Shown: positions 1-9,355, counted from the stretch's first letter. The stretch: DNA of 64,000 bases from Candidatus Bathyarchaeota archaeon (GCA_026014815.1 JAOZHP010000077.1:6819-70818); one strand, 5' to 3'. Made by a program: numbers and translations. Notes: generated from the sequence alone by a model not told the origin.

Positions 1-206
1 TGTACATCGTGTATCAGGCGCCCTTGAGGCTCGTCGTGGCTTGGGCCGCCTCCCAGACGGGTGACCTCGGTGGAGCCGTTATCGTCGGCGTAGGCTTTGC
101 ACTGATATTGATTGTGTTCATGTTCATCGGGTTAGCGGTATACGTCCTTGCCTCACTGTACGTTACGCTCCGGAGGCGTGGAGAGGCAAGCCAATCTGAT
201 AGCTAA
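1..206 (+). CDS. C-terminal fragment of a membrane protein whose start lies before the window (one hydrophobic helix, ends TAA)
   Basis: Frame is open from the window edge. It contains the hydrophobic segment VIVGVGFALILIVFMFIGLAVYVLASLYV followed by a basic tail. Confidence 0.3.
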   Translation, partial: YIVYQAPLRLVVAWAASQTGDLGGAVIVGVGFALILIVFMFIGLAVYVLASLYVTLRRRGEASQSDS

Positions 207-209
207 TTG

Positions 210-1202
210 TTAATCGTTCTGTATCACAGCTGATGCAATTACTAAAATGGGGCCTATCAACACTCCAGCCCACACAAACATGCCAAGTAAACCGGAGCCC
301 ACAACAACTGCCCTGCTCTTCAGATCCGTTCTCCTCCGATCTATCAACGCTTTTCTGATCACTATGTATCCTAGCCCTGCCTGTAACGCGATGAATATTA
401 TGGTCAGCAACGATGCGCTGGTGTACCCCGACGCAGCCATGGCGATAACCATCTGGACAAACGTATTCACCGCTGTGCCTGTGAAGAGGAGCCCTCCTGT
501 GAGGCTCAGCCACATCGATACACCGATGATCACATCTCTCTTGTTGATGTACCAGAAACCGGCTGCCACCGCCACTAGGAGTGGCCCAAACACTATGAGC
601 GGACTCTGGCCTTCCCATAGATGGATCTCAAACAAGTTCACGGGGATTATAAGCCACTCGTACATGGTGAACACCTCCCTGTACCCCAATGCAAGCCCGT
701 AACTGCCTACATTATCTGGCTCATAGACCACAACATAGTATGTGCCCTCCGATACCTCCCCCCTGAACTCAGCGTAGAAAAAGTAGCTTGACGGCGTGAA
801 GGGGTCATACTCTGGGGCCTCGGGGCGTGTACTGTCAACAACATGCACACTGTATCCCGGCGGGGACTCGATGAACTCAGGTGCCATGCCTCTAGGCTCA
901 ACTCCTTCCCCCAGCACTACTAACCGAGGGGTGAACTTTGGGTCCTCCTGTAGTGAAGTAAACAGGCTCACCACCAGTCGTTCACCCTCCCGGATGTGAA
1001 GCTCATAGAATTTTGGCTCACCTGTCTCATGGACCTCATGGTACAGTGTCCATGTCTTCGTGGGGTATGGAACCTTGATAGCGGTCTCCAAGGTGGAACC
1101 ATTACCATCGATGTCAAGGGGCGTATGACCAGACACATGAACTATTGAAAAGACAATGGCAAACAGAAAAAACGCTAACGTGAGAACCCTGTGCTTCCTC
1201 AT
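210..1202 (-). CDS. Hypothetical secreted or membrane-anchored protein: N-terminal signal peptide, about 190-aa extracytoplasmic domain, four C-terminal TM helices
   Basis: N-terminus MRKHRVLTLAFFLFAIVFSIVHVSG looks like a signal peptide. The C-terminal third is hydrophobic with helical segments. TAA stop. Its ATG overlaps a TGA (ATGA) of the frame read through from the upstream gene. Confidence 0.5.
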   Translation of the reverse strand: MRKHRVLTLAFFLFAIVFSIVHVSGHTPLDIDGNGSTLETAIKVPYPTKTWTLYHEVHETGEPKFYELHIREGERLVVSLFTSLQEDPKFTPRLVVLGEGVEPRGMAPEFIESPPGYSVHVVDSTRPEAPEYDPFTPSSYFFYAEFRGEVSEGTYYVVVYEPDNVGSYGLALGYREVFTMYEWLIIPVNLFEIHLWEGQSPLIVFGPLLVAVAAGFWYINKRDVIIGVSMWLSLTGGLLFTGTAVNTFVQMVIAMAASGYTSASLLTIIFIALQAGLGYIVIRKALIDRRRTDLKSRAVVVGSGLLGMFVWAGVLIGPILVIASAVIQND

Positions 1203-1243
1203 TGCTCCACATGTAGAACGGGGTAGATTAAACGTAGCGGAAC

Positions 1244-1768
1244 CTAGAGGTTTGAAAGGAAAGCCTTCAAGGCGTCAACCTCGAAGACTCCAACATGAGC
1301 CCTAATAATCTTGCCCTCCTCATCAAGGACAAAGTCTGCTGGGCTCTGGGTCTCCCTTCCCTCATAGTCACCATGAAGGACACCGGCTTTCTTTGCTTCC
1401 TGTGCTCTCCTGAGCAGCTTAATCCCTGTGCCTAAACCGAAGTTACCGACGCCGAAGTCATGATACACCTTGTATTTGCCGTTCTCGTTGAGCACCGTTA
1501 CGACGGGGAAACCCACATCCCGGTCACCGAGATACTCCCTCACGTTCTCGGGACTTGACTGGGTGAAGTAAACCACCTTCACCTCCGGGTAAGTCTCTGC
1601 TATTTCCACAAGGCTCTCGAAGTCAACCTGACAGACGGGGCACCCAAAGTACCTCCCGAAGACAAGTAACACATTACTGCCCAGATAATCACCGAGTTCC
1701 AATTTTCCCTTGTTCACTGACTCCGCGCTGATCTTTGGAGCGGCATCACCCAAATGAAGCTTGACCAT
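1244..1768 (-). CDS. Thioredoxin-fold redoxin (AhpC/TSA/TlpA-like) with a CPVC active-site motif
   Basis: VLLVFGRYFGCPVCQ is a thioredoxin-like CxxC context, and the length is right at 174 aa. It ends in TAG. Fourteen further sense codons then reach a TGA that overlaps the next ATG. Confidence 0.6.
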   Translation of the reverse strand: MVKLHLGDAAPKISAESVNKGKLELGDYLGSNVLLVFGRYFGCPVCQVDFESLVEIAETYPEVKVVYFTQSSPENVREYLGDRDVGFPVVTVLNENGKYKVYHDFGVGNFGLGTGIKLLRRAQEAKKAGVLHGDYEGRETQSPADFVLDEEGKIIRAHVGVFEVDALKAFLSNL

Positions 1769-1921
1769 AACACTAGATGTAATAAATTGTTATTTGAAGC
1801 CATGCAGCATAAATTCATCAATAAATCGAACCGGAATAACTTGAAACCACCCGGTCTTGTAGTGTTTGAGTCTAGAGGATTAACTCATAATGTTTTTTTT
1901 AACTAATCCTTACAAAATACT

Positions 1922-2065
1922 ATGAGATTATCAAAGAAACATTCACTCGTTTTAATGATAATCTCGTTAATCGCATCCATAATTTCGCCTATTCTACACA
2001 TATATGGAGCCGAAAACTCAGTTTTGACTCCCTCCGCCTCCAATTATACCTTGAAGGAAGCGTGA
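1922..2065 (+). CDS. Small ORF encoding a signal-peptide-like sequence; possibly the N-terminal part of a frameshifted secreted protein continuing in 2062..2379
   Basis: MRLSKKHSLVLMIISLIASIISPILHIYGA is a typical signal peptide. The ORF stops at TGA and overlaps the next ORF by GTGA. Confidence 0.25.
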   Translation: MRLSKKHSLVLMIISLIASIISPILHIYGAENSVLTPSASNYTLKEA

Positions 2066-2379
2066 AACTCGATTACCCGCTCGAAGTAGACTCTACAGTC
2101 GCCAGGATAAACGTGACTCTACTCGGTGAAATCTTCGAGAACATGATAATCTTGGATCAGGATGGCGTATTACTTGATTACACTATCGACGGATCGACGG
2201 TTATTGACGTATTGGGCTCCCAGCGGGTCAACATCAGCTACTACACGACGGGTCTATCCAATAAGACAAGTGTCCTCTGGACTTTACGCTTCAACACACT
2301 AATCGAAACCCTAACCCCTCTTTCTTTTTCCTTTAACTGTAACGTTTTTTACTTGCATCCCCTGTGGGGTGGGGTATGA
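2062..2379 (+). CDS. Hypothetical protein (possible body of a secreted protein, see previous ORF)
   Basis: 105-aa ORF with a GTG start, and the frame is open upstream of the GTG. I recognise no motifs. Confidence 0.25.
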   Translation: MKLDYPLEVDSTVARINVTLLGEIFENMIILDQDGVLLDYTIDGSTVIDVLGSQRVNISYYTTGLSNKTSVLWTLRFNTLIETLTPLSFSFNCNVFYLHPLWGGV

Positions 2380-2621
2380 TTGGCTTACACCTCGTCGTTG
2401 ACGGCGTCACAGAGGAACAAGTGAACAGAGGCACAGTGGATCACATACTCAGGGAACTCCCAGAAGTCATTGACCTGAACGTACTCTCGGTGCCCCACGT
2501 TGTCGAGGGCGTCCCTGAGAACCCTGGATGGACAAGCTTCGTCATCATAGACAAGAGCCACATAGCTATACACACTTTCAGTGAAACAGACACAACCTCC
2601 ATAGATATCTACAGTTGTTAG
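2376..2621 (+). CDS. speH: Pyruvoyl-dependent S-adenosylmethionine (or arginine) decarboxylase proenzyme, SpeH-like, apparently interrupted by an in-frame TAG (homology continues to TGA at 2702)
   Basis: MIGLHLVVDGV...IIDKSHIAIHTFSETDTTSIDIYSC matches the class-1 AdoMetDC pattern GRHLxxD...ESHIxIHTWPE...IDVFTCG. The TAG sits where the conserved Gly or Trp after TC is expected. The next 26 codons (PFHTKNAVNYLKQYIQFKEI...) resemble the SpeH C-terminal helix. Confidence 0.6.
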   Translation: MIGLHLVVDGVTEEQVNRGTVDHILRELPEVIDLNVLSVPHVVEGVPENPGWTSFVIIDKSHIAIHTFSETDTTSIDIYSC

Positions 2622-3005
2622 CCCTTTCACACAAAGAACGCAGTAAACTATCTTAAACAATATATCCAGTTCAAGGAAATAACCACTCGAACAATAACCT
2701 GAGAAATGATGTAATAATGGGTTTTAAAACCACGTTATTACTTTAATTCTTATTATAACCCGAAATACGGTCTTTTTATTTATTAAACAATGAAATAAAT
2801 GGTTTTTATCATTTGAACCAGTTTTTACACGTCATTCACGTAATGTAGGCTCGTTAACAATGAAAAAAAGGATTTAGCATCTATACTCGTGGTTAATACC
2901 TGTTTTAACTCATTTTTCAAGGGTATCTCGATTAGTGGTTCAAAAACATGGAATAATACGGGGTATAGCTTTTATTTCTGGTCTCTTTACAATCATAGAA
3001 GGCTT

Positions 3006-4241
3006 ATGGAAGGTGGGTTCGGCCAGTTCGATGCGGTTTACAACATCCTCATCATGGTCGTAGTTATCACCCTCATAGCAAGGCAGATGAACTTCCCCTC
3101 CACCATCGCTTTCATCTTCGCGGGTCTCCTAGCAGCCTACGTGCCCCGTTTCCCATTACCTGAGATCTCCCCAGCCATCTTCCTGAGCTTGCTCCTACCT
3201 CCTATCCTGTTTACGGAGTCCCTCACTCTGGACATAGAGGGCCTAATAGACGACAGCGACACGATTCTCAGTTACGCCATATTGGGAACTGCGCTCATGG
3301 TCACGGCGGTAGGCACCTATACACACTACATCCTAGGACTGACTTGGATCGAGGCCTTCATGCTAGGCATAATCATAGCTCCCACAGACCCTGTCTCGGT
3401 CATCGCCACTTTCAAGCAGCTAGGTGTGATCAAACGTTTTCAGCTCATCGTAGCCGGTGAGAGCTTGTTCAACGATGGCTTCGCCATCGTCGTTTATAGT
3501 ATACTTGCTATCATTATCGAGGCGGGTGCAATCACTGGAGGAGAGGTGCTCTGGTTAAGCTTGATCAAGATGGTAGGTGGGGTGTTTTTAGGATATATCG
3601 CAGGATACATTGTCCACCTCATCTTCTGCTGGACGGATGACCCCTTCATAGAGATGCTTCTCACATTCATCGTCGCGTTCGGAGTCTTCAGGCTAGCCGA
3701 ACAATTCCACTCCAGTGGGGTCATAGCGGTAGTCATCGCCGGATTAATAATTAATTACCGGAGCAGGTCCATCGGCGGATTATCCACTCAAGGCGAGACC
3801 TCTCTCCATATCATATGGGAGTTCATCGGTTTTATAGCCTCCAGCTTCGCGTTCATATTTATCGGTGTATCAATTGAACCTAACCTCCTGCGAGAATTCC
3901 TACTCCCCATCGTTGGGCTGTCACTTTTTACGGTGGTTTTCCGGTACATAATGGTGGATCTGGTGGCTAGAATACTGGAAAGATACCGAGGCAAAAGAAT
4001 CCCAAGGAACTGGAAAATGGGAATGACCTGGAGCGGCCTCAGGGGCGCTGTATCAGTTGTGCTTGTCTTAGGCATCGCGGGTCTAGGACTCCCCAACTTC
4101 AACATCCTGCTAGCACTCACATACGGTGTTGTATTAGGCTCTAACCTGTTCCAAGGATTATCCATGCCCATCGTCGTCAACAGGCTGCGACTATTCAGCA
4201 CAAGACCCGGACCTGAACTCCAGAAAGAGAGCTCAGAGTAA
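3006..4241 (+). CDS. Na+/H+ antiporter, CPA1 family (NhaP-type)
   Basis: About 11 TM helices with CPA1 motifs LLPPILFTESLTLD and IIAPTDPVSV. Start moved to the internal ATG at 3006, since the upstream 39 codons are non-hydrophobic junk. TAA stop. Confidence 0.8.
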   Translation: MEGGFGQFDAVYNILIMVVVITLIARQMNFPSTIAFIFAGLLAAYVPRFPLPEISPAIFLSLLLPPILFTESLTLDIEGLIDDSDTILSYAILGTALMVTAVGTYTHYILGLTWIEAFMLGIIIAPTDPVSVIATFKQLGVIKRFQLIVAGESLFNDGFAIVVYSILAIIIEAGAITGGEVLWLSLIKMVGGVFLGYIAGYIVHLIFCWTDDPFIEMLLTFIVAFGVFRLAEQFHSSGVIAVVIAGLIINYRSRSIGGLSTQGETSLHIIWEFIGFIASSFAFIFIGVSIEPNLLREFLLPIVGLSLFTVVFRYIMVDLVARILERYRGKRIPRNWKMGMTWSGLRGAVSVVLVLGIAGLGLPNFNILLALTYGVVLGSNLFQGLSMPIVVNRLRLFSTRPGPELQKESSE

Positions 4242-4311
4242 ACACATGCAGTTAACTGATTTTAGTTGAAATGTTTCTAACAGATGCTTCAAACGCCACC
4301 CATGGATTATC

Positions 4312-4806
4312 ATGTCAGTCGCCGAGAGATTAATAATGCTCTCAGAGTTGATAGAGAAGTACGTTTTAGAACTCGAAAAAGAGTACAGGGGTTACGGTAA
4401 CGAGGTGGTCAGAGAGCTACTCGCCTCAATAACTGTGGACAGCATGAAACACGCAGGACTCTACAAGGCAGCCGCATACATAGTCGAGGGAAAAAGCCTT
4501 AGCATCACGGACTAGGAGTACGAGGAACTTGAGAAGAAACTCAAGCTCCATATACAGAACGAACAGGAGATGCTAGACGCCGCGAAGACGCTAATGGATG
4601 AAGTCAAGGACGAACGCGTCAAAAAGATCCTCCTCAAGATATATGAAGACGAGTTGATGCACTACCCATTCCTCACCAGTTTCTAGGAAATCTTCCTCAA
4701 ACGTGAGCTCATCACGGAGCAGGATATATGGGACATGCTTTTCAGGGACCTGCCCACACACGGACATGTGGCCGACCCATACGTTGGAAAAGACTATGGA
4801 GACTAA
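4312..4806 (+). CDS. Four-helix-bundle metal-binding protein (ferritin/hemerythrin-like), single 165-codon frame interrupted by two in-frame TAG codons (4513-4515, 4684-4686)
   Basis: One frame of 165 codons ending TAA. Segment 1 carries DSMKH. Segment 2 carries EQEMLDAAKTLMDEVKDERVKKILLKIYEDELMHYPFL, an ExxH/HHE-like motif. Segments 2 and 3 have no start codon or RBS of their own. Confidence 0.45.
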
Positions 4807-4938
4807 CTCCAGTTAACTAAAATACCCTAAACCAGCCTCTCGTTACCCTATTTTAGTAGTCATAACCCAAAAAAAGGGAAGTAAATATTTATTCACCTTT
4901 CTCCTCAGTTTCATCATAGCCCTAGGGCGTGTGTAGTC

Positions 4939-5649
4939 GTGGGCAAGGGAATCAATATTATCGCAATAGATACAGATACAGATCACGGGAAAACCATTGA
5001 ATTAATTATAGAGTCACTGGACCCTAAGATCCAAGTCACCGTTGTCACATCTAACGCTTCAGTAAAACCACTGATCGACTCTGGGACATACGACTGTGTT
5101 GTTGTAAACCGTACGGATCCTCAACAAGATGAATTCCTGTGCATTCAAGAAATCAGAGGTTACTGTGAGTTACCCATCATCTTATGCGTTAACACTGAAC
5201 TACCACAAAACGCCATTGAAGCTATCAACGAAGGGGTCACGTATTTCTCAAATGTTCCAGTGGGAAATGGACTCTACCTTAAACTCGCTGAGAAGATCAG
5301 GCATGTTGTCTCAATCCACAGGTCCGAGCAAAGAATCATGACGCTGAAACAAAAAAAGAGTCCTCGCGTCCTTGTCCGAGGGGAAAACCTCTATATCATG
5401 GATCATAATGGGGAAGCGTTGTGGGGATTAGAGGAACAATTAACGGATGACGTCGCGAGGCTGATGGAACTAGAGCTCAAGGCCATTGACTTCGTGCGTG
5501 ATAATCTCGCTGACGAGGTAACTGACTTGTCCGAGGTCCTATTGGAGTCTGGGGTTCCGGTCGAGAATATTCCTGATATTATCTATGAGGGTTACAGGAA
5601 ACTCTTTTCTTGGTTTAAGGATCTTGATTCATCTCTTGGTCAAAGGTAG
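4939..5649 (+). CDS. Receiver-like (REC) domain protein, atypical (phospho-acceptor Asp position is Asn), with a C-terminal domain of unknown function
   Basis: IIAIDTDTD...DCVVVN...ILCVNT follows the CheY-like beta-alpha pattern, but DCVVVN replaces DxxxxD. TAG stop. Confidence 0.4.
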   Translation: MGKGINIIAIDTDTDHGKTIELIIESLDPKIQVTVVTSNASVKPLIDSGTYDCVVVNRTDPQQDEFLCIQEIRGYCELPIILCVNTELPQNAIEAINEGVTYFSNVPVGNGLYLKLAEKIRHVVSIHRSEQRIMTLKQKKSPRVLVRGENLYIMDHNGEALWGLEEQLTDDVARLMELELKAIDFVRDNLADEVTDLSEVLLESGVPVENIPDIIYEGYRKLFSWFKDLDSSLGQR

Positions 5650-5813
5650 CTTTTATTGTTCACTGTTTTCTTAGTTTTTTTCATGGAAAATTTATGATCC
5701 ACTATAAAATAGTAATATTTAACAATATTTCAGGCTAAATTTAGCTGTGTATTCGTTATATTTGCCTTAATAAATAAAGGTTTTTAAACTAAAATGTTCT
5801 GAAATTTATTAGG

Positions 5814-5978
5814 ATGGCTGAAAGAAAGTATAAATATCACACGGTAAACCTCCCCGAGAGCCTCGCAAAGAAAATCGAGGAAGTCATAGAGAGCGGTAAC
5901 CATGGATATACCAGCATCCCTGACTTCGTAAAGTCGGCAGTACGCCGATACCTAAGAGATCTTGGATACCTAGTGTAA
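5814..5978 (+). CDS. Ribbon-helix-helix (CopG/Arc/MetJ family) DNA-binding protein, 54 aa
   Basis: KYKYHTVNLPESLAKKIEEVIESGNHGYTSIPDFVKSAVRRYL is a canonical RHH: beta-strand, helix A, G, helix B. It is below the ORF-track size cutoff. ATG 5814, TAA 5976-5978. Confidence 0.6.
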   Translation: MAERKYKYHTVNLPESLAKKIEEVIESGNHGYTSIPDFVKSAVRRYLRDLGYLV

Positions 5979-6125
5979 GATACCGTACAACAGAGCCATG
6001 AGCTCAACAAGATGGAGGATGCAACCTCAAAGTGTTGTAGATATAGGGGAATCTATCACAATACCCTGTCACGATAGATAGCAAACTTTATTGTAACTTT
6101 ACGATAATCATGGATCTGAGGAGCA

Positions 6126-6404
6126 ATGGATGAAAAACCGGTCTTCGACGAGGTATGGACCAGGATAAAGAAGAGGTCCGGAGAGGTTTTCTTCACGAAA
6201 ACCGGTCTCAGGTTCACCTACAAGATCAAGGGTGACAAGATCCTTCTCAGCCGAATCCATTACTCTTTATCGAAGACAGACCTCATGAAGGCGTACACGA
6301 AAGTACCGCTAGGGGGCCCAAGCGAGTTGACTTCCATTGTAAGAGGGCCTTCCTATGTCTGGGCGATTCTTCAGGACGCCAGAGTTTCTCTAAGACAATG
6401 GTGA
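6126..6404 (+). CDS. Hypothetical protein, 92 aa
   Basis: ORF with ATG start and TGA stop. No recognisable motif. Confidence 0.35.
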   Translation: MDEKPVFDEVWTRIKKRSGEVFFTKTGLRFTYKIKGDKILLSRIHYSLSKTDLMKAYTKVPLGGPSELTSIVRGPSYVWAILQDARVSLRQW

Positions 6405-6455
6405 GCCCAGCTGGAAACCACAACATAATTATATCGCTAGCGATAATCTCGTCTT

Positions 6456-6815
6456 ATGGTAAACTGTAGAGGCTGCGGCGACGAGTTGGCCCCCATAGCA
6501 AACTTTTGCCCCAAATGCGGACTTAGAACCGAGAAAGGCGAAGAGGAAGGAGTGAAAACACCGATTGGCACCCGTCCCGGATGGGAAAAAGACATCGAGA
6601 CCGCGTTAAACAACGCAACCAAACTCATGGAGGAAGCATTCGACGCTGCAAGGCGAGGACTCCAGACAGCCGCTGACGAGATTGGAGTAGAGATAGAGAA
6701 AGCGAAAACCTGGAGAGCGACAAAAGCAAACCCCGTGTACTGCCCAAAATGCGGAAAAAAGAACCCAAACGACGCACTTTACTGTACAACATGTGGGAAA
6801 GAACTCCCACAGTAA
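6456..6815 (+). CDS. Double zinc-ribbon protein
   Basis: CRGCGDELAPIANFCPKCG at the N-terminus and CPKCGKKNPNDALYCTTCG at the C-terminus (two Cys4 zinc ribbons), with a charged helical linker. TAA stop followed by an oligo-T run. Confidence 0.55.
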   Translation: MVNCRGCGDELAPIANFCPKCGLRTEKGEEEGVKTPIGTRPGWEKDIETALNNATKLMEEAFDAARRGLQTAADEIGVEIEKAKTWRATKANPVYCPKCGKKNPNDALYCTTCGKELPQ

Positions 6816-6830
6816 CCCTTTTTTCTATTC
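6816..6830. terminator. Oligo-T/oligo-A tract between convergent genes (archaeal intrinsic terminator candidate, serves both strands)
   Basis: CCCTTTTTTCTATTC lies immediately after the TAA of 6456..6815 and the TAG of 6825..7433. Confidence 0.4.
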
Positions 6831-7433
6831 GATCGTGGCGTGTCTTTTCTTCATGACTTCCTCAGTGGCGCCGAGTCTGTTCATCAACTCAGCGATGATA
6901 CTGTCCAAGAATATCATGCAAGTATCCTCAAATATGGTGCCCATGGGAGCAAGTGACTCGTGTTCGCCACTCAATTGACGGCTGATATACTCTTCCTCCG
7001 CCCCCATAATCTCTCTTCCAGGCAAGAGCACAACGCCGTCACTTGTCCGGGCCAAAGGTGACTTAGACTGGCTTGTGACTGCCTGAACAAAGGCCCCGAG
7101 GGTCTTCGCCTTCTCCGCCACCATCAGGGGCAGCGTGGTGCTCCCTGAACCCGAGATGACTAACACCAAGTCCCCCTCGCCCACGTTCGGGGTGATTGTC
7201 TCCCCTAGGACATAAACGTTGAACCCCAAGTGCATAAGCCTCATAGCAAAAGCCTTACCCACGAGACCGCTTCGACCTGCCCCCACGATCATGATCTTGC
7301 TGCCCCTTGTTCGCACGTCGATGAGCGTCTGGATCACCCCTGAAATCTGGTTCTGATCAAGCTCTCGTAGCGCCATCGAGATTCCTGAGAGAAGCTCCTC
7401 GTATGCCTGAACCCAAAACTCCATACGAATCAA
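6825..7433 (-). CDS. SIS-domain sugar isomerase, 6-phospho-3-hexuloisomerase (PHI/HxlB)-like
   Basis: MIVGAGRSGLVGKAFAMRLMHLGF...LVLVISGSGST is an SIS-domain phosphosugar-binding pattern, and about 200 aa is typical of PHI. Confidence 0.6.
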   Translation of the reverse strand: MIRMEFWVQAYEELLSGISMALRELDQNQISGVIQTLIDVRTRGSKIMIVGAGRSGLVGKAFAMRLMHLGFNVYVLGETITPNVGEGDLVLVISGSGSTTLPLMVAEKAKTLGAFVQAVTSQSKSPLARTSDGVVLLPGREIMGAEEEYISRQLSGEHESLAPMGTIFEDTCMIFLDSIIAELMNRLGATEEVMKKRHATIE

Positions 7434-7663
7434 TGAATGGTTTAACTTTAAAGATATTAAAATGAGTGGAAGCGACTAGACCTGGTTCATAACATTAAGG
7501 AACATAAGCAATTGGAGAAATGTTGTAAAGGACCAGCTTCACCGTTTTCCAGACACCTACAAACAGCCAAAGACCCGTACCAAAATTAAGAAACAGTGTC
7601 ATAACACGTTCGATACGTAGTAGAGGAGAAGAACCTAAAACACGCGAGAAGACATTCCACCAT

Positions 7664-8653
7664 ATGAGCGTCCTCTGCAGCGGCAGCTACCTCGCTGACA
7701 TTCTCATACCCGGCCTCAATGGAATAGGCCCCCCGGGTAGCCTGACGTACGCCCCCAAAGGAATCCATTTATCAACTGGTGGCCACTCAGCAAACGTAGC
7801 CATCGACCTTGTGAAACTTGGGCAAAGTGATGTCCACTCAGTGGGCTGTGTAGGAGACGACAACGTCGGTGACTACGTCATTACTGAATTGAAGCGGCAT
7901 GGAGTTAACACTCACCCACAGATAGCCCCGGGCACACCAACAGCCAAGAATGTCGCACTCATTGTAAAGGATCAGGATAGAAGATTCATCGCCGAGCTGA
8001 CCGCCAACACCCTCCTAAAACCAGAACACGTGAAAAATAAGGTAAAAACCCTCAAGCCAGTGCTCCTATACCAAGGCACCGTAGGGGGGTTGAAGTACAT
8101 CGATCCCACACTCACAGATATACTAAGAACAGCTCACGAGGTACAGGCCATCACGCTGGTGGACGCCATCATGCCCACAGAGGGTTGGGGGCACCTCAGG
8201 GAAGCGTTCCACGAGATTGATATTCTTCATGTTAACCTTGACGAGGCAGAGAGCATCACAGGGCAAAAACAACCCAAAAAAATCATCGGACACTTTCTTG
8301 ACAAGGGAGTCAAGCTAGCAATAATATCCATTGGTGACCAAGGGCTGACAGCGGGAACCAGCAAGGTTCAGCTAAGGATGCCTGCATTCAATGTGGCTGA
8401 AATTGACCCCACTGGAGCCGGGGATGCATTATGTGCGGGTGTCATCAATGCGTTCATGAATCAAAATGATTCGCTTATGTCCATCGAGAACACCACATTT
8501 GAAGCCTTAACTCAGCTCCTTCTCAAGGGGCAGGCAGCCGGGGCCGCATGTGTGACGGGTATAGGAGCCACCACAAGTGTCTCACAGGGTCTTCAAGAAA
8601 ACCTAATACGCGAACAGGGACAAGGAATCCTCAAGGCCACAGCGATTCTGTAG
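7664..8653 (+). CDS. PfkB-family carbohydrate/nucleoside kinase (ribokinase-like)
   Basis: N-terminal TGGHSANVAIDLVKLG and C-terminal DPTGAGDALCAG match the ribokinase/PfkB signatures (GG motif, DTxGAGD). TAG stop. Confidence 0.7.
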   Translation: MSVLCSGSYLADILIPGLNGIGPPGSLTYAPKGIHLSTGGHSANVAIDLVKLGQSDVHSVGCVGDDNVGDYVITELKRHGVNTHPQIAPGTPTAKNVALIVKDQDRRFIAELTANTLLKPEHVKNKVKTLKPVLLYQGTVGGLKYIDPTLTDILRTAHEVQAITLVDAIMPTEGWGHLREAFHEIDILHVNLDEAESITGQKQPKKIIGHFLDKGVKLAIISIGDQGLTAGTSKVQLRMPAFNVAEIDPTGAGDALCAGVINAFMNQNDSLMSIENTTFEALTQLLLKGQAAGAACVTGIGATTSVSQGLQENLIREQGQGILKATAIL

Positions 8654-8662
8654 AGGAAGCTT

Positions 8663-9355
8663 ATGTCCACCCCCAGAAACCCTCGTATAAGTTCAGGCGT
8701 GCAAAGTTTGGATCATCTCATGGGTGGTGGCTTCATGGCTGGAGCAATCAACCTTGTCTACGGGGAGGCAACGTCTGGGAAGACCACTCTCGCCGTAACA
8801 ACGATCTTGAGTCACCTCAAAGCGAACCGTGCCTCCAAGGCGTTCATCATTGACTCCGATAACAAGTTAAACACGGCTAGGCTCACTCAGATGGCGGAGT
8901 CTAGGGGACTGGGTCTTCTGAAGAGAATTCACACTTACATCCCAGCTAGTTTCAAGGATCAGGAGGAGACCTTGGAGAGCTTACCGGTGTTGGAGCCACT
9001 GGACATTGTTGTACTTGATAGCGTCACAGGGCTCTATCGTGGTGAGACAGGGGATGAGACTCAGACGTATCAGATCAACAAAGAGCTTAACCGTCAGCTA
9101 GGGTACATTACGGAGGTGGCGAACAAGACGGGTGCCGCATTTATACTCACAGGGCAGGTCCGTAGCATCCTTGACACCAGCCTGATTGAGCCTGTCGCCA
9201 CACGTCTTCTTGGCTACTGGAGTAGTATGGTTCTTAAACTCGATAAAACACCTACACCCGGGTTCAAGCAAGTGACCCTTGAGAAGCCAACCGTTAAGCC
9301 AAACACAATCAAGGTAGCAATAACCGAGACAGGAGTAACGGAGGCAGAGATCTGA
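8663..9355 (+). CDS. RecA-superfamily ATPase, RadB/KaiC-like
   Basis: Walker A GEATSGKTTLA, a Walker B-like IVVLDSVTGLY, 230 aa. TGA stop overlaps the CTG/ATA start region of carS. Confidence 0.6.
   Translation: MSTPRNPRISSGVQSLDHLMGGGFMAGAINLVYGEATSGKTTLAVTTILSHLKANRASKAFIIDSDNKLNTARLTQMAESRGLGLLKRIHTYIPASFKDQEETLESLPVLEPLDIVVLDSVTGLYRGETGDETQTYQINKELNRQLGYITEVANKTGAAFILTGQVRSILDTSLIEPVATRLLGYWSSMVLKLDKTPTPGFKQVTLEKPTVKPNTIKVAITETGVTEAEI

Noticed and set aside
6625-6978. Antisense and overlapping small ORFs around the zinc-ribbon gene and the PHI gene (6625..6810 minus, 6793..6978 plus)
   Set aside because: They overlap well-supported genes on the opposite strand or in another frame and have no homology signal.
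7664-9355. Same-frame gene pairs separated only by TAG as a signal of programmed fusion or readthrough
   Set aside because: Same-frame adjacency is also common at TAA/TGA junctions in this window (5814 to 6126, 6126 to 6456, 31469 to 32693, 28200 to 29148), so it is most simply chance in a compact genome.
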